Below are positions 1 through 13,644 of a stretch of DNA of 64,000 bases, in pieces. The notes under the pieces were generated by a model. That model worked only from the letters and a program-made list of their open reading frames with translations. It had not been told where the DNA came from and searched no databases. The DNA comes from Ramazzottius varieornatus (lineage: Eukaryota > Animalia > Tardigrada). Location of the stretch: contig BDGG01000001.1 of NCBI GenBank assembly GCA_001949185.1, positions 7,030,325 through 7,094,324 of the forward strand. Direction: 5' to 3'. The first letter of the stretch is position 1. Every line of letters begins with the position of its first letter. Made by a program: the position numbers and the translations under genes.

Positions 1-125
1 GACCTTTGAAACGGAAGCTGTAGTGTGAACCTTTCGGCTGGACTTTCTTCAGTGGGATAACTTTCTGCCGGGTTTTTGTCAGCCGGGCTTATTTCAATAT
101 AGCTAATTCACTTCCTTGATCATAG

Positions 126-3100
126 GAGCTTTCCTAATACCATACACCGGTAAGTGTCTACCCCACGCTCTCTTACTTTCATGAGATAACAAACCAACGT
201 ACCAAAACTATTCATCTTACTGTACAATGCTGAAGTTGTCGAAGAGAGCCACCGGATATTAAAAAATGGCAGTTGGCTCCCGGCGACACGCACGTCCTGG
301 AACGCAGTCCGGTGTCTTTACACTCTAGGAAACTTAAGCTGAGCTACAGTAAACATGTTTACTTTTAGTGATGCTTATACTCGGGGGAATGCCTTTGTTT
401 TACCTGGAGCTCGCTCTGGGACAATATTACAGATCTGGATGTATCAGTATTTGGAGATATATTTGCCCATTATTCAAAGGCAAGTATATTCTTACGCTGG
501 CGTTTGTACATTATGAGAACTGTGAGGTATGGGCGGATGGTGCAACCAGATCGCTTTCCCGGGTGGCGCATTCTTTCGGGCAATAACCATGGAAAGTGCG
601 CCACTTGAGATTACGAACTGGTTTAGTTCAGTTCCTTACGTCCCCTTCAACCTCCGATGGAGTAAACAGGAAGGGTTCTTTGCAAACGCAATTGATGAAG
701 CAAACAGGAAGGGAACACGCTTCCAAAGTACTCCAGTATTCCTTTTTCATGGGACGACCAAAGCGAAATTGCGCTTGTTTTTGCAGGTGTTGGGTTCGGC
801 ATCTGCGTTATTGCTTCTTACATGGTGAGTAAAACATTCCAACGGTAGTTGACAGGTTTATCTTTCGGAAATCATGCTGTTTATGGGGTAATTTGTTAAT
901 AATTGATACTGGCAAAAGTCAGCGAAGGTTGGCTTTCCAAAATAAGCGGACCTACTCGTACCGTTTCCCGATGAGATATTTCCCCCGCTGGCTGACAATC
1001 AGGGCCGATCAAAAAGCGGCGGACTCAGGAGACTGCCGCCACGACCATCATAAACTAGCCGTGGATATGATAAATGAAGTGCGATTCGCCTTCCGTTTAT
1101 ACCTATCTTTTGTAGAGCTTTTACTATAATACCATCATCTCCACCGCCATCTATTACATCTTTGCCTCCTTCACCGAACAACTCCCTTGGGCCAGTGAGT
1201 ACACCGGCTCAATAACGCTCGTGATGGTCCGTGTCGCCGCAGTACAACACTTCATAATACCGTTGTTATTGTTTTAACAACGCGATTAAAATGAACTTGA
1301 ATAGTGCGGTCAAGTTTATATCATACGGTGGACTAATGGCTGCTGATACTTCAACAGATTGTAATCACACATGGAACACTGCAAATTGCAGTGGTAACTC
1401 CTCGTTTGCCTTCGAAGGATCGATTTCACCGGCCGAAGAATATTACCAGTAAGAACCACAAACCTCAAATCCCCACAGGTCAACACGAGGTAGTGCATTG
1501 CGTCATATGGAAAGTAAGAGCGAGATAAATTCAACCGTCGGCAAATAAATCCACTCAGAGTGTTTTTCCAAGTGGCGCACGTTTGCATTGGGATTGGCAG
1601 GGAGCATGCGCCACGTGGGCAAACAGTCAAACGGAAGTCGTTCTCCGTCATGGCAATTTATTTTAGAGAAGGAAGGTGGAATGTGTAGTGATGGAATGGC
1701 TAGGCGTTATAGCTTGTCATTTCACTCTGTAAGCATGCATGATGGTTAGCCTCATCAATCAAAATGGCGCGTTCCATCGGTTGCGGTGATGGACGGTGCG
1801 CAACCGCACTGCTAGTTCTCCACGGTTATCTGGTCAAACAAGTGTGCATCAGAGCGGAAAGCATTGCATATGTGTCGAATTTGAATGGCAAGCATTCATC
1901 CACAATATCTGAAACCTGATGCGTTTACAGGCGCGCGGTGCTGGAGATCCATAGGTCAGAAGGTATCCACGACTTGGGTCCGCCCAAATGGGAGTTCGTC
2001 TGCGGACTAATCCTCGTCTTCGTTATGGTCTACTTTGCCTTGTGGAAAGGACCAAAGAGCTCGGGCAAAGCCGTGTGGGTCACGGCCATTTCGCCCTTCG
2101 TGGTACTCTTTATTCTCCTGATTCGGGGCGTGACCTTACCTGGAGCGGGCGACGGCATCAGTGAGTCAATCTTAAAATCCACTGGACGACGTAACAATCT
2201 GTTTCTGCATTGTCAGGCTAACTCTTTGGTCTGCAGTGTATTTTCTGACGCCGGACTGGTCAAGGTTAGCAGACGGCGAAGTGTGGTCCGATGCAGCCGC
2301 GCAAGTCTTCTTCTCACTGGGCCCCGGTTTTGGCGTCTTGATGGCTCTGGCTTCCTACAACCCATTTGACAATAACTTTTTCCGCGATGCACTGTTGACT
2401 AGCTTCATCAACTTCTTCGCCAGCTTCCTCAGCGGGCTGGTTGTCTTTAGCGTCCTTGGCTATCTTTCCTATATTACCGGCAAAGGGATCGCGGACGTCG
2501 CGCAGGACGGACCTGGTTTGGTTTTCGTCGCCTACCCGTAAGTCACTCCATCCAGATTACAAGCACCTTTTTGTTTGTTTTGTATTCCCTATAATACATA
2601 GTGGCTTACTATACCTCTATAAAAGCATAATGTAGTGTCTTTCCACTTCTGACAGAACGGCAATAGCTACGATGCCGGGTTCGCAATTCTGGAGTGTGCT
2701 CTTCTTCATCATGTTAGCCTCTCTGGGTCTTGATAGCACCGTAAGTTGCATTCACAGATCCCAGGCTTTCTCGTGCGATTTAAAGAAAGAATATTTTTAA
2801 GTTTCAATGAAGTTTTTTGCTTGTAGTTTGGGGGACTAGAAGCAATATTGACGGCCATTTCGGACGAATGGCCGCTGGTGTTTGGTCGACACCGGAAACT
2901 GTTCTGTCTGGGAATATGCCTGTACTGCTTCCTGGGATCTCTTCCAACCACTACATACGTAAGCTTCTTTCAGATTAAACAGCGAAAGAATGCTTCAGTT
3001 ATTACGAAGTACTTCGTTTCAGGGTGGTCAATACGTGATAACACTCCTTGGTAAGCTAACTGCCAACTAAGTTTCCTACACGTACTGACGCTTTGACGGA

Positions 3101-3940
3101 GATAACCCCTGGATGAGAGCCTTTTACTACGAAAGTATCGTACCTTTAACTGACGTTTCCAACGCACTTTCCAGATTTCTTCGGACCGACCATAGCAATA
3201 TTATTTATTGTCTTCGTGGAAGCGGCAGCCATGTGCTGGTTTTACGGTGTAAAGCGTATTTCCGCCGACGTAAATAAGATGCTCGGTCACAAGCCGGGAC
3301 CATTCTGGATCATCTGCTGGGTGTGCATCAGCCCTGTCTTCATCCTTGTACGTTCCACTCAACATTCTCCCCACGCCTACCATTTTGGAGCCCGGCAAAC
3401 AAACTCGATCAAATCATTTCCTGAGTAGCGCACGCTGTCAGCCGAGATCACCGACAACATGCGCTACTTGGAAAGGGAAGCTTATCGACTGGCGCACGTC
3501 ACCGGTGTTGTTGGCTGAAACCGTGCGCCACTTGTGAAAACGATCTGGTTGAGTTTGTTTGTTGAGTTCTCGTCTGTTCTTCGGTTTCCCTTTGACCAAC
3601 TTCGAACATTTTTCTTGGAGGTGATCTTCATTCTGACCTTGGCCAACTACAGGCCGCTGGAGTTGGGCACATACGTCTTTCCGCAGTGGTCAGTAGCCCT
3701 CGGCTGGGTCCTCACTTTCTCTTCCATCATATGCATACCGGCGTACATGATCTATCGACTAGCCATCATGAGGGGATCGCTTTGGACGGTGAACGCCCTC
3801 TCATCAAATCAGTCCTTGCACTGCATCTAACTTTCTCATATCTCTTTTAGAGATTAAAGAAGTCGATCGAGCCGGAAGAGTTCCTGGTCGACCCCAACGA
3901 AATGATCTCCCTGAAGAATGGTCTGAATTCTTATACCTGA
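126..3940 (+). CDS. SLC6A4: Sodium-dependent serotonin transporter (SLC6/NSS family), multi-exon, 5' end upstream of the window
   Basis: Spliced exons give [104 protein letters not shown] and GLDSTFGGLE favour SERT over DAT. Last exon 3851-3940 ends in TGA. Confidence 0.88.
543..630. repeat. Intronic fold-back element (GTGGCGCA-N24-GTGCGCCAC family)
   Basis: In SERT intron 480-786. Extended arms AACCAGATCG / CGAACTGGTT. Confidence 0.85.
1569..1617. repeat. Intronic fold-back element
   Basis: CAAGTGGCGCAC-N25-ATGCGCCACGTG in a SERT intron. Confidence 0.85.
3385..3565. repeat. Intronic fold-back element, double unit
   Basis: Two cores (3425-3467, 3489-3531) inside one pair of outer arms, SERT intron. 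Confidence 0.85.
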
Positions 3941-4289
3941 TAATACTTTCTCCTTTCTCGTCAACCATTACCTCTCATCTCAAGAGTAGAACTTTATTTT
4001 GTTCGCCTGTGAATCAAAATCTTCGCTGTGTGGTACCCGTACTTTCAACAGTTTCTCAAACTAAATTTTAGTGATAGCCGATTTGACTCAGAAAAGCATC
4101 GCGACCTAAACCGGAACAAGTCAAAAACAACTCGAATTACTTTCTCAATAATCGATAAAATTTCCAACGGGACCGACTGAGATCATAAGACAGTTCACAG
4201 GGAAGATGCATACTATCATAAATATGGCCATGCACAGTATACTTCCACGTAATGCAAAGACGTGAAACTTTTACTACCAAGTTCAAAAG

Positions 4290-5529
4290 TTAAGCGTCCT
4301 GGATATCGGTATACCGTACGCGACTGTTGCCTCCGCCCGACGAGGAAGTCAGACCAGTTCGCTCATTAGCTCCATTCGGAGCGTCCCGTGGTTGGCTCGA
4401 GTACTGATATCCACCCGCCTTCCCAGACCATGGTTGGGATGAAGGGAAGGCCGAGCCTTTGCTGCTACTCCAAGGTTGTTCGGTCACTGGCGTGTCGGCG
4501 TCATCTGCCGGCTCACCTGTCGGTGAATTATCAAACTCTTCCTACAGACAACACAGATTATGCACAGGCCTTCAGGTATGCTGTGTAAACAGAAAGAGAC
4601 TGTGATAGGTACCCGTAAAAATCCATATTCGCCGGCGTCTTCACGGTTGCGTGGCTTGAATTTGCCAAAGCAGAAATTACAGCAACAGCAGAAACAGCAG
4701 CAGCAAAAGTAACAACCCGTTATTGCCCCACAGAACAAGAAAAGACCCTGCAATCAAAAGTTATGTGCTATTCACCAGGGCTTTAAGCAAGATGTTGATA
4801 ACAAAAACTGTTCTAAAACTGAGGGACCTTAGTGAAAGTTTAAGAGTATTCGAACCTTTGCCCATTTGCTCTGTAGGAGGAAGTACGTGTGGACATTTTC
4901 TTCACCAATCTGCTCCGCCACATACAAACCTGAAAAATCAACCACTGCGTTTAGCAGCTGGCCCAATGTCTAGGATAAGCTTCCGCGAAATTAATTCTCT
5001 AGTAATATGGGAACTAGAAGCGGATTTTTGTGTTCACCGAGAGATCCATAGGCGTCATACAGCTCGCGTTTGGTCGGGTCGCTCAGAACCCCATTCGCGT
5101 AGTTGAGGTCCCGTATCTACAGACAAAAAACTATCATCAAATTTGTAACGAAATACAGTGAAGTACCCTTGAAGTACCCGTGAAGACATTCTATCAAATA
5201 AGCTTAGTTGACACTGACACAAAAGGAATGCGCGAAAGAGTAGGGAACCTTATCAAGTTGGGAAGACACGTCTGACATACCCGATCAGCTGCCACCGGGT
5301 CGTCTGGATTCTTGTCTGGGTGATATTTCAATGCCAACTAAAAGTAAAGAGCAGGGGAATGGTATCGTCTGATTCTCAGCCAAAACTCTTTGGAATTTGT
5401 ACGAGTACTGACTACCTTTCTGTAAGCCTTCTTGACATCGTCGTACGGAGCGCCTTTCTGTAAGCCCAGTTGATGGTACAACGATATCCCCGCTGCTGAC
5501 AACTTCCGCCCACCAATCTCAGCGTCCAT
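4290..5529 (-). CDS. DNAJC5: Cysteine string protein (DnaJ homolog subfamily C member 5), 6 coding exons
   Basis: J-domain [14 protein letters not shown]|[30 protein letters not shown]|[13 protein letters not shown], cysteine string [23 protein letters not shown]-terminal PVTEQP. GT-AG boundaries keep frame. Confidence 0.95.
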
Positions 5530-6457
5530 TCTTTATGCCACCAGCAACAACTGAAGCGTGGCGAGGATAACTGAGAGAAACTGAAAAATAACAAGGTGGG
5601 CATAAAATTTGCATCACCGTGACCAAAGTCGGAAGACGCATTCGCCTTCCAGCATGCTATATGTCTCGATGGTACTTTCATATACCTGATTAAACGGAGG
5701 TCGGCGAATGGGCAAGGGTGATGCGAAGGAGACAGGAAGGAGGTATGTATTCCGGGATCAAGCAAAACCTGATGGCTGTCTGAGCTTCTATCGAATCTCC
5801 TTGTTCACGCTTGCGTTACACGAGCTCCCACCTAAATTCCACTTTCCACAAATGATGATCGCGTGAAACCGTTCAGTGAATAGGGTGATTGAGTAACAAC
5901 ACCAACACCAGAGGTCCGGGAGGAGGATCGATAAAACTAAAACGCGACTGGGATCACTGGAATGGCGATATCAGCTGTTTCACGATCGGTTTGAATCCCT
6001 GTGTGACGTCATACGTAGCTGTTCTGCATGTACCTATGTTGTAATGTCCTTTGACACGATAGACATAGCATAACCTAACATGGATTACTGTACTGTATTA
6101 CCTCCGAAAATCACATCGTACCAATATTTTTCAGCCAGGGTCAGAGGCTTCTTTTCTTCAAAACCTCACCTGGCCCTCATCATCCATGCTTGTGAGATAA
6201 TGTAAATATTCGATGCTATCGCGCAGTACGTACAGTTCCGGGACGATGCACCCCCGCAGGGCGATCCTGCCAATGTCAGGTGAGGCATTCGGCAGTAGGT
6301 TTTACGGTGCAGAAATCCTAACGAGGGGATTTTTCCAATCCGCCGCCTCTGATGCTCAAACCCACATTCCAGGTGGATAGAGAAGAGTTTCCTTTATCGT
6401 CTGAGCCGAAAACCTCGTCATCATTTCCTTCCTAGAATAAACTGGACGGTTCGGAAG

Positions 6458-7057
6458 NNNNNNNNNNNNNNNNNNNNNNNNNNNNNNNNNNNNNNNNNNN
6501 NNNNNNNNNNNNNNNNNNNNNNNNNNNNNNNNNNNNNNNNNNNNNNNNNNNNNNNNNNNNNNNNNNNNNNNNNNNNNNNNNNNNNNNNNNNNNNNNNNNN
6601 NNNNNNNNNNNNNNNNNNNNNNNNNNNNNNNNNNNNNNNNNNNNNNNNNNNNNNNNNNNNNNNNNNNNNNNNNNNNNNNNNNNNNNNNNNNNNNNNNNNN
6701 NNNNNNNNNNNNNNNNNNNNNNNNNNNNNNNNNNNNNNNNNNNNNNNNNNNNNNNNNNNNNNNNNNNNNNNNNNNNNNNNNNNNNNNNNNNNNNNNNNNN
6801 NNNNNNNNNNNNNNNNNNNNNNNNNNNNNNNNNNNNNNNNNNNNNNNNNNNNNNNNNNNNNNNNNNNNNNNNNNNNNNNNNNNNNNNNNNNNNNNNNNNN
6901 NNNNNNNNNNNNNNNNNNNNNNNNNNNNNNNNNNNNNNNNNNNNNNNNNNNNNNNNNNNNNNNNNNNNNNNNNNNNNNNNNNNNNNNNNNNNNNNNNNNN
7001 NNNNNNNNNNNNNNNNNNNNNNNNNNNNNNNNNNNNNNNNNNNNNNNNNNNNNNNNN
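6458..7057. other. Assembly gap (600 N)
   Basis: Run of N. Confidence 1.
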
Positions 7058-7725
7058 AATCGAGGAGGCTGACATCTCTCCAGAGGCATTCCGCTTGATG
7101 CTGAAGCAGATGATCCACTAACAATGCAAACTACAGCGATGTTGAGTAGCCGACTAGACTACAGTAAACGTGTTGTTGCCGAAGGTCCATCTGTACACGA
7201 ACGGCGAGATATTATGGGCCAGGCGGAAAAGACGGCGAATTTACAATTTGTATGGAAGTCAGAAACAGAAATCGGATAAATGACGTAAGCAGTAAAATTC
7301 AACCGTAGAAAATCGTCATGGACAGCGGCCATTAGCCGATCAGCTGTTTTATTCTGACGCTTCAACGCTGCTGTTTACTTTCTGCCGGAGAAACCTTGAA
7401 CTAGTTTGAACTGTTGAAGGTGTGCGTGTTCCGGTAAATATGGCAAGGTTTAGCTCTTCGGCCTAATATTCAGCTCGTACGTACAGCAGTCCAGCCTTCG
7501 ATGTTGGTTTTTACTTGTAGCAAGAAACACCTGCCCGTGCCGCCGTAGCAAAACGCCCTGGCGCGTAATTTTTACTGGCCCCTAATATCTCGTCGCGCGT
7601 GTACGGAGAGTCTGGACTCTGGACCCAGAAGACAATGCAGCAGACCGCCATTGCCGCATTATATTGGACCGTTCCCAGGTCCCGAACGAAATTCTGGAGA
7701 CCGTGGATGAAGCGTTAAGCGTCCA

Positions 7726-8160
7726 TGGCCGAGTTTCTATCGCGAGATTCACTGACTGTCTCAAAAGACAAGCCACCGTATAATTTCGCAGTCAGGTACG
7801 TTCTTAATTCTCCATTTTGTTGGAAAGCCGAGTTAGCGATCTTTTCTCATTGTGTTTATCGGTAGATGGGCCCGGCTGCAGCAGGAAAGGTGAATGCATG
7901 AAAGCGATAATTGGAAAAGTCCGACAGCAGGAAGACTATGAGCGTACTCGGACTCTAGGATATCGGTGGAAATACAGACTTCGATGGAGGATCGAGTCCT
8001 CACACAGCCAGTCGTAAAGTGTGTCCGCATTCAAATCGAGAAGAACGATTCGCACTTTCGCTGCGATGTGTCCAAAGACTTTGTGTACAAAGACCACAAT
8101 AATACCTGGTGCGACGGCCTGAGCTACGGCGATAAGGTCAACTTGGCCAACGAAGAATAG
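7726..8160 (+). CDS. Small three-exon uncharacterised protein (~100 aa)
   Basis: MAEFLSRDSLTVSKDKPPYNFAVR|WARLQQER|ISVEIQTSMEDRVLTQPVVKCVRIQIEKND...NLANEE*. Two GT-AG introns (~7796-7865, ~7890-7958) preserve frame. No family recognised. Confidence 0.45.
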
Positions 8161-8885
8161 GAGACGCTGGCTAAGTTTTAGGCTAACTGATGAGGGCCCA
8201 ACAGTAGAATGGCTTAGGTTGGTGCTATCAATTTCGCAGTTGGTTTTGTATATGAATCAAAAGAAAGGGGAGAAGGATGAAACGCTCGACTCTCCGTCAA
8301 AGAAGACTTTTTGCTTTCTGAGAAACAACATACTGTGGTTTTTTCGACAAGTCCACAACACAGTGCCTCTGTTCGCTTAACTTACGTCATACTGCAACTC
8401 GACAGCTGTAGTATAACACGAAATTACCGTGCACTGGGAGGTCTTTTATCGTGTTGTCCCGGCGGTCTGGTTTTGAGGAAATTTCAGCGCTGAGGCCCTC
8501 GGAGACTTCGGCGTGATGCCGACACTTCCGACTGGCAATGCTCCTAGGTCGCATATCATGACGTAAGTGTAATATGTGCAGCAGTCTGTTGACGTCGGTA
8601 TACATAGTACTGATACATCTTTTGGCAAGCTGGAAGGAGTGAAAGGCTAAGTTATAGGTACTAGTTGGTAGAACTGGCAGCGGAGGCTGCGGAGCAAATC
8701 ACACCTGAACCGATATCGATCTCCTGAACAGGCTCGTGGGATCTGGTCGCAGCATCAGATCCTTGGGCTTTTTGCCAGGGGTGTATAGCTCGAACTCGAC
8801 GTGCTTTCTTAATTCTTATTCGATGTTCACGCTGTTCTTCTGAAAAAGTAAACTCTGATCTTTGCCCTATTTCCTGAAAAATCAG

Positions 8886-10389
8886 ATGGCAGGGTTCTCC
8901 CATCTGTTTTCTTCCAAGGGGAAGAATGATCCTCTGAAACAACGTGCGCCTGTTAGCGATGTGTTGTCTAGCACCGCCTACAACCACAAGTCGGACAATG
9001 TTTCCAAGTTGATGCACTTCCTGGAATCTCCTTTATGGATAACCAAGACCGATGACTTCATACAGAGCGAATCCATTGGTACGTTGCACTATGTACCCCA
9101 TGTTCCAACTGGTAGGGATTCTAGGGAGCCATGCAGTGGCAGACTCTGTCATCCTGACTATTAGTAGAAGTAGAAGCTAACCTATTGAGCTACTATCAAC
9201 CCCTACTCTTTGTTTGTAGTATTCTTTGTTGTAGTGTTCGAGGAGTCCGTCGACGATTGCCATGCATATCATCAAGTATATGAAAACTTCAAAGTCATGG
9301 TACAGCATCCCGATAATCTTTCATATTTTTTCCAGATCGAAACTTGAAAGGGACATGATGATTGATTTTTGAGCAGGTGGATAAACTGCTGGTCGATCTT
9401 CGGCTTTCGTGCGGTAACATGCCTGCCGAAGTACTCGCTCAGACTATCGAACAGTCCAAAATACAAGCGCAAACCAACCGAGTGGTCAAGGTCAGTCTAC
9501 GTACAGCGGTCCGATGTTTCCGATGTTTATTTTGTTGGCTCTTTCCGTGTCCTCATTAGTATAACATTGTATGCGAATATTTATAGGAGCTGATGCATCC
9601 ATTGTTCCTCTATGACAACTACGTGGCATTCAAGCAGGCCATGATCGAGCAGAATATCCAGCTGCAAATGCTGGCCTTGGACGACATCCAGAAACGGACG
9701 GGCAACCTCCCTCTGGACATGAAGGAAGAACAGCTTCTGGATAAGGACGGCCTTATCCTTGCGCACGGACAAAAAAGACCACCGGTGTCTGAGGATCAGT
9801 TACTCGAAATGGCCTTGAAGTTCGTACTTCCGTTTCTGCTGCATATTACTTTTGGTCTCATCCCGCTGCCAATTGCAGGATGTCCAAGGAAGAGTACGAC
9901 GAACTACAACGGCAGGTTCGAGAGGAAGAAGAAGCTATCGAGCAGGCCTTACGAGAGTCCGAACGTTTGTTTGAGCTCTTGAAGAACCAGGCTCGTATTT
10001 CTGTCCATGATCTACGAGCTCTTCTGGAGCAGATACCGGAAGCTCCGGAGCAACCTGACTCTGCGACAACACCTCGGCCGCCTTCCGCTTTACCAGTAAT
10101 GCCATCTGAACCCACACCAGTCATAGCGTCACATCCGTCGAATAGCCTGGTAGGACTAGACCAATTTGTCAGCGTCAAGAACTTCATCAGCCCCGAAGAA
10201 CTGCAACGACGCCAAGCGTATCTTCGTGCACAACGAGATAAACTGCAGAGCAAGAAGGAAGCGTTGCGAGTGGAGGCGGAAATTAATGTTACTTCAGTGC
10301 GATCAAGTTCTCATCAGGAGCCGAAAATCAGTGAATCTCGTAAAAAACTGGCGGAGAAACTTAAGGAGGAAGTGAAACATCACCAGTAA
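8886..10389 (+). CDS. CFAP36: Cilia- and flagella-associated protein 36 (CCDC104, BART-domain ARL3 binder)
   Basis: FLESPLW..TDDFIQSESI|VFEE..YHQVYENFKVM|VDKLL, DNYVAFKQAMIEQNIQLQMLAL, ALRES repeat, ELQRRQAYLRAQRDKL..RKKLAEKLKEEV. Confidence 0.85.
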
Positions 10390-10826
10390 TTGTACAACTC
10401 CTACTCAAACATTCCGATGGTCATGCACCTATGCACTCCAATATAATGTGGGTGAATCTTGGTCAACCCAAATGTGTTGACAGCTTCCGCACTTTGAACA
10501 GTCTATTCTGCAATTGAATAGTTGGAACAATGTACAGTGAGACCCAGCTTTCACAAAGTAACACTTCGTTCAGCTCGAAGATTGCAATACTCTGAGGACA
10601 GGATGGAGCGTTCGTGGTGACCTCACTACGGATGCGAAACTTCTTTATCGAAAACTTTAACGACGATCTTGGATAGTAAAGCATATCTCACTGATAAGTT
10701 CGCATTGCTGCGAACGCAACATGACTTTTGCGGTGAAACTGATGTCTTGTAATTCTTCTCTGGGTAACGTTTCCCACACACAGCTGCGTTGATCCATTCA
10801 AAACAGGCAATGGCGCGGAGTCAGCC

Positions 10827-12416
10827 ATGAGCAACGCGGAAGAATCGGATGTCATCGTGACCGCGGACAATCGTCAGCAAGCGAGAAGGACTCGATCGAC
10901 GTTATTTCTATCAAGTTCCTCAATGCAGCCCACAAATCTGGCTGGATATCGTTATCAACCCTCTCTGCAGACCAGTGTCAGCACTGACGAGACGGACAAT
11001 TCCGAAGATTCGAGCAATGATGAAATCGACGGGGAGATCAGCGGGAACCGACGTCGCAGAAAGCAGGATTTTGAGCCACCGACAAAGCAACAGATGATTT
11101 ACGGCCCGATATGTATTTTACTGCTAGGTATGCTACTAGCTGCTGGTAACTTGATCTTGACATTGTATCTCAATGGCTATTACGAGGATAACTCAAGCAA
11201 CCAGAATGTCTACGTTCTCCGTCCCCTCTCCACAAAACCACCGACGTACGTCTTTTTTTGCATTAAATACTACAGTGCGTTAGAAGCAGCTGTCGTATCG
11301 GTTTTGTTGTAGGGTTGGCCAAATGCTAGACCCGGAAGTGATTGAGTTCGTTGAGGAAGAAATTATCGCAGTCAACGAAAGCTACGACGTTGCTTTTCGA
11401 CATCAAGACAGTCTCACGAAAGAAGAATCGAAAAATGAAAAACAACGGGATACTGACAAAGAACCTTCAGCCAAAGATACTGATTCCAATTCGACCGATA
11501 GTCGTCATCTGCTGGTACTACCGCCTTTCTCACTTCAACCACATAATTTCTGCCACAAGGCTAATGATAGTGAATCCACACCCGGAAACCCCATTCGCCA
11601 AGAGATTTTACTGGTAATGGTTACCGATCCCGAGGATAATGCTTTACGAAACGAATTCCGCCACGTCTGGAGCAACTACCTACCAATGATTCGTGGCGAC
11701 TTGATGTTTGTACTAGCTACTCCTCAAGTTCCCGCAGTACAAGCTACGATCAAGAAAGAAGCGGAAGAACATGGGGATATGCTGCAGTTGACGACGATGA
11801 GCAGTGGTCAAGCGAGGTACTTGAAGACCCTGGCCGCCATGCAATGGACCACGCAACACTGTCCCCATGTCAAGTTCTTCGTTCGTATGAACGTTGACGT
11901 ATTGGTCCAGGTCGAGAGTCTACAGAACGTTATCGACAGGGCGGTGAACAGGGGTCTTCATCAGGTAACGATTTCCCAGAACATATCCTCTTGGCGCGAG
12001 GAACCCGAAAAAAGTGTTGATTGTAGGAGCCAGTGATCATCGGGGATGTGATTGGTGACGAACAGGACGAACTGTCGTTGGTCATTACAAAGTTTCCCAA
12101 GTTCGTATACGGTGGCTTTTACTTGGTGTCCAGCGCCGCACTGCCTCTGATGTTGCAGTCGTGTACGGTGGTGCCGCCACCTTCTCTGCTGGAAGAAATG
12201 TATCTGACGGGGTACTGCGCCGAACGCGGCCAAGTTAAGCGAATCGGCGTGACCAACTACGAAATGGAGCGCGAACTGAAGCTGTGGCGCAAAATGTTTT
12301 CATGCCTGCCGGCCCACGTTTTGAGTGTTAACAACGTCGGAAAGGAGAACGTCCTTTATTACTGGCAGAAAGCCATCAGAGCCGGCTGTTATGTGCCGTC
12401 CACATCAAGTCTGTGA
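10827..12416 (+). CDS. GT31 beta-1,3-galactosyltransferase-like type II membrane protein, 3 exons, catalytic motifs degenerate
   Basis: TM anchor (ICILLLGMLLAAGNLILTLYL), LLVMVTDP..R..FRHVW, EAEEHGDMLQ, LKTLAAMQW..CPHVKF, FPKFVYGGFYLVS, LEEMYLTG. Introns ~11246-11312 and 11965-12026 join the three ORFs in frame. Confidence 0.8.
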
Positions 12417-12796
12417 GGAATTGGCCCAGCTTGCGGCTGTGCTTGCGAAGTTCGGAGCATCAGCTTTAAATCTGGCAAATCCCGTTGCCCGGCACGTGCT
12501 ATTTTGACCCTTTTGTTAACACGTAAAAGACTGAACCGTCGTACGGGCTTTTGTAGCCAGTAGCTCGCACCTCTGTGCTAGACCACGAACACGCTAACTT
12601 TGATTGTCCATCCGGCACTAGGATACTGCGTATGATGCTCTTGAAATTCCCTTGAGGTAAGAGGAGGCCAAAATAGACGGCAGTGAAAAAAAGGGGCCAA
12701 CGCACGAAAAAGAAATCTGGGAAGGCACCCCAAGTAGTTAAGCGCCCGCCCCAGCGCTGCTTTGGCTAGTTGAAGACAGCTAGCCGATCTCATTAA

Positions 12797-13644
12797 CACT
12801 TGTAATACTGGGCAATTTCAAGCTGGCAGAATACCGGGGGTACAACTGAGTTTCGCAGCCTTCTAACTGGCTGGAAGCAAAATAGAGGCGTGTACAGACC
12901 AATCGCGGTTCTCCCCCATGAAGTTGCGAATGTTACTGCGCAAAACCAACGTAATGTTCCGCCAGTTGACCGGGGTACGCCAAATTATTTCATTTTATTT
13001 TTCGCTACACTTCTTTCGATTTCTTCTTGCTGCAATCTCAACAAACACCACTCTGCTTCGTTAATCTGTGCGCTGCACAAACATGAACGTTACATGAGCC
13101 ACAAACAATCATCGTTTTTCGCTCAGTCTTTCTGGGACAGGGCAATGCGTAAAATTCGTAAAATGCGTAAAAAGGCAATGCGTAAAATAGAAATCTGAAA
13201 AATTGAATTTACTTCTTGCCACCTTGGCGGCGCCACTAGTGGTAGTATCGTTCGTGACCTCATGGGCTGCGCCATATGTCAAAACACCACGAGCAACTTG
13301 CGATTTTTTGTCTAACCGCTGGACAACCGCTAGTTGGACGCTGGAGATACAATGTTGTAAAGACAGGATTGTGAGTTGTTCTAAATTATTTTCCAGCTGT
13401 AGGAAAGCTTGGCGCGTGAAGGACGACCTGGAACATGTGCTGGGAGCAGTTCGCCCTCGAACCGTGTAAAATATTTCTGATTCCGTACGTAGTGTTTAGC
13501 CAGCGGTCACCAGCTACATGTCATAGAGAACTTGCCACCACAGGCAAACGAAAAATACTGAACCGCCAAAGCTGCACAGGAAGTGATTTGCGGTCAGGTA
13601 ACCGTGCGCTGCGAAACCGAATTGTACCCCTCGTATTATGAGTG
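12797..13644. mobile_element. Non-autonomous piggyBac-like element
   Basis: TTAA on both sides (12793-96, 13645-48). Ends CACTTGTAATAC / rc CACTCATAATAC. Internal inverted repeat GGGGTACAA..GTTTCGCAGC is offset asymmetrically from the two ends. Confidence 0.75.

Noticed and set aside
6356-7124. Long ORFs spanning the N run, and coding-like text beside the gap
   Set aside because: ORFs are artefacts of N translation. The flanking minus-strand peptide has nearby stops and no family I can recognise.
12033-12036. Overlapping stop/start (GTGA) suggesting translational coupling or frameshift in the GT31 gene
   Set aside because: Explained by the GT-AG intron 11965-12026.
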